From the IMG/VR virus record IMGVR_UViG_3300021256_000067: DNA of 20,000 nt; one strand, 5' to 3'. The translations under genes and the position numbers were made by a program. A model generated the notes under the pieces. That model worked only from the letters and a program-made list of their open reading frames with translations, did not search any database and was not told the DNA's origin. Source of the DNA: an uncultured virus (IMG/VR IMGVR_UViG_3300021256_000067). Lineage: Duplodnaviria; Heunggongvirae; Uroviricota; Caudoviricetes. This document shows, one piece after another, positions 17,146-20,000 of this stretch; position 1 is the first letter of the stretch, and each line of letters begins with the position of its first letter.

Positions 17146-19833
17146 ATGCCTTCTGATAATTCAAACTTATATGAAAATATATGCAATAAATTAAACAGTA
17201 TTATCTCTTTTAAAAATAATATAAAGGGATATATGGAAACATATATCACAGACGGAAATCCTACAGGAATACATGATTTATCAGAAATATCAGAAGATAA
17301 ACCGGATAATGAATTATTAAATAAGGGTTATTTACCAGATTATAATATCCTTTTAAAAGATTATTTAAATGCAAAATATATTCCGGATCCAAGTTTACTC
17401 AGTAAAGCTAAATTAAATACTGATAATTTAGAAGTTATATCGAGAAGTTTGGAATATCTAATAAATTTTAAAGGGGATTCCAGCGCCTATATAAATGGCA
17501 TAGAACCAAATTTATTAAAAGGATCTAAACTTTTATCTGATTATGATTTTGCCATAAATGATTTATTATTAGGAGACAGTACAGAATTCGGAGATGAATT
17601 GAAACATCAATTAATGATGGTCGGAGGACCTGGATTTATAAATTCAGAAGATATAACAATAGAAGGGTTTTCAAGTTTCAGTGAATATAAAAATTATATT
17701 TTCAATTATTCAGATCCAAATAATGACGGATTATACAGAAAAATTGAAAATATTAAGAATTTAGATCTTTTAAATGGACAAGGACTATTAAATATCATAA
17801 ATGGAACTATAGGGTTAAAACCTGTAAAAAAAGAAAATGAAAAAAAATATAGATATATTTTTGTAGATTATATTAATCATGAAGCTGAAAAGATTATAGA
17901 AGAAACAAACAATAATATAATTAAACAAAAATATTCTATTACTAGCCGCACTCCTAACAACTATACAACATCATATACATATAATTTCGAAGATACAGGA
18001 TTATATTACGGGAATAATATATTAGAACTGAGAAACGGAAAATATGTATGGAAGTCCGAAAGTTTTAAATGGAAGGCAATTCCTGTAAAATATTATAATG
18101 AAACTATATTTGATGAAAATAATCAATTAATAAATTATGAACAAGATAGGTGTGCTATATCATACGGTTCTAATAAATCTAATACTAATTTTGATGTTAA
18201 ACTTGGAGAGACAGATATGAAATTCAGGAATGATTTATTATCTTTTATAAATACACATCCAGAACTCGCAAGTGAACATACACAATATAAATTAATAAAA
18301 ATAGCGGAAACACATGAATTCAGAAAAGTATCGATGCTGTCTCAATCATTTACACATAGTGATGCATCCACAACTAAAACGATAGATAATGTTTCTTTTT
18401 CATTTCCTACTCAATTACATTATAGCACAGGATCTAATTTTTATGTAGATGTATCCACAAAATATAAAACTACATCTAAAAGTTGGGTGACTGCCATTAA
18501 CGGTACAGTTTGTAATTTCCATTATGGAGATGTTTCTATTTTAAATGTTACAGCTTTAACAGGATATACGTTGTCTTTATCAAATCCTTCATTAAATCCG
18601 AATAATATCAATACTACAAGTATTGATATATCTGTTAATCTTAATCCTTCTAATGCAAATGATTTAATATCTGAATATGAATGGGATGTTTCTATATTAA
18701 CTCCTCAATATATTTCATTAAAGAAAAAAGAATCAAAAAAATTTACAATTAATATTTTATCATCTTCAGAAGAACATACAGCGTCATTATTTGTATATAA
18801 TACACATAATCCATCAATAAAATCTAGTCCATTCAATCTTAATGTCCAAAGTGATTTATGGAGTGGAAATAATGGTCTTATACATCTTAAATTCAGAATT
18901 ATTCTAGACGGATTTTTTGGAAATTCTACTGATGGTAAATATGGTTCTTTTGATTGGGGAAGAGATGGAGGCTCATCTGCACAATGGAAAGAAATAAAAT
19001 TATTTTTCGGAAACGGAACAGCGTCATCAGTATCTAATAGACCTATATATAGATGTAAAATGCAAGAACCTAATGGAGAGCAGAGAATATTTGAATTATC
19101 ATTTAAACAATTATATGAAATGTGGCATAAAACTGCATATACAGGTTCAACTGCATTAAATTTATATTTTAATACCGGAAACAGTACTACTCCATCACGT
19201 ATTATAATAGCTCCATCTCAAACTACAGGAAATATAAATCTAGGGAATGAGCCTAAATTAGGTATAGGTTATATAACTTATCCTAATATTACTAATAATT
19301 CTGAAATTGAATATAATAATTTCGAAAATAGATATACACCTTCAAAAATTATCGTTCCATTTAAACCTCATGATAGTTATAAAACATCATTATTTATAAT
19401 AGATCCATCTGTATTTGAAAAATCAAGTCTTCAACCATATAATTATGTTATTGGTTCTAATGGATCATCTGTTTCAGACCCTACAGGATTTCATATACCT
19501 GTTCCATCAACCGCAACAGCTACTAATAATGTAATCTTTATTCCTACAGGATCAGATTTAAATTTAAATGAAATTCAAATACGAACAGAAAGATATTCTT
19601 CGACTAGCAGTAATCCGGTTAAACAAGAATATAGACTCAGTTATATATTATATAAAGTAAGAAAACATGGAGGACCATGGAATGGACATAAAATAATTCC
19701 GACAAATAAATTTAACAGTGAATCTGATTATAATTATACATTTACTGGAATTAAAAATGATTATAGTCCCGAAATATGTATAGATTTAGTTTTTAACCAT
19801 CAATATAATACTGGAGGATATGAAGGAGCATAG
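17146..19833 (+). CDS. Large hypothetical protein (possible fibre/appendage)
   Basis: 895-aa ORF; S/T/N-rich, beta-looking C-terminal half; ends TAG-TAA. Confidence 0.75.
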   Translation: MPSDNSNLYENICNKLNSIISFKNNIKGYMETYITDGNPTGIHDLSEISEDKPDNELLNKGYLPDYNILLKDYLNAKYIPDPSLLSKAKLNTDNLEVISRSLEYLINFKGDSSAYINGIEPNLLKGSKLLSDYDFAINDLLLGDSTEFGDELKHQLMMVGGPGFINSEDITIEGFSSFSEYKNYIFNYSDPNNDGLYRKIENIKNLDLLNGQGLLNIINGTIGLKPVKKENEKKYRYIFVDYINHEAEKIIEETNNNIIKQKYSITSRTPNNYTTSYTYNFEDTGLYYGNNILELRNGKYVWKSESFKWKAIPVKYYNETIFDENNQLINYEQDRCAISYGSNKSNTNFDVKLGETDMKFRNDLLSFINTHPELASEHTQYKLIKIAETHEFRKVSMLSQSFTHSDASTTKTIDNVSFSFPTQLHYSTGSNFYVDVSTKYKTTSKSWVTAINGTVCNFHYGDVSILNVTALTGYTLSLSNPSLNPNNINTTSIDISVNLNPSNANDLISEYEWDVSILTPQYISLKKKESKKFTINILSSSEEHTASLFVYNTHNPSIKSSPFNLNVQSDLWSGNNGLIHLKFRIILDGFFGNSTDGKYGSFDWGRDGGSSAQWKEIKLFFGNGTASSVSNRPIYRCKMQEPNGEQRIFELSFKQLYEMWHKTAYTGSTALNLYFNTGNSTTPSRIIIAPSQTTGNINLGNEPKLGIGYITYPNITNNSEIEYNNFENRYTPSKIIVPFKPHDSYKTSLFIIDPSVFEKSSLQPYNYVIGSNGSSVSDPTGFHIPVPSTATATNNVIFIPTGSDLNLNEIQIRTERYSSTSSNPVKQEYRLSYILYKVRKHGGPWNGHKIIPTNKFNSESDYNYTFTGIKNDYSPEICIDLVFNHQYNTGGYEGA

Positions 19834-19911
19834 TAAATGAATACTATATAAAATTCCAAAAATTAACATTTTAAATATATTGTGGCAGCAGAAGATAATA
19901 AGATATTAAAT

Positions 19912-20000
19912 ATGACTAATCTTTCAGAGAAAGATTGTATAATAGATGAATACCTTCCTGAAAAAGGACGAACATTAGTAACACAATATGCAGAAATATT
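19912..20000 (+). CDS. 5' part of hypothetical protein (alternative GTG start at 19882)
   Basis: Open frame MTNLSEKDCIIDEYLPEKGRTLVTQYAEI runs off the window end. Confidence 0.45.
   Translation, partial: MTNLSEKDCIIDEYLPEKGRTLVTQYAEI

Overview
AT-rich segment of a very large T4-like (myovirus) phage. Bacteroidetes-type promoters and Prevotella-like LRR and dockerin motifs suggest a Bacteroidota host, so it is Lak-megaphage-like (inference). Bases ~480-6020 hold a minus-strand RNA array of 19 intact tRNA genes. Interleaved with them are a degenerate Azoarcus-type group I intron sitting between two non-matching tRNA halves, two Pro-like tRNA shells with very large variable regions, several truncated or permuted tRNA mimics (one tandemly duplicated), and about a dozen 60-190 nt stem-closed non-tRNA elements. 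The array is headed by a 34-codon leader ORF with a terminator/antiterminator pair. It also contains two duplicated internal promoter + boxA-like cassettes. Bases ~6240-20000 are virion-related genes: a gp13-like neck protein, a gp4-like head completion nuclease, three otherwise unrelated proteins sharing an N-terminal 'LNxxLI(E/D)W' leader, and several large hypothetical structural proteins. All calls were made by eye; no searches were run.
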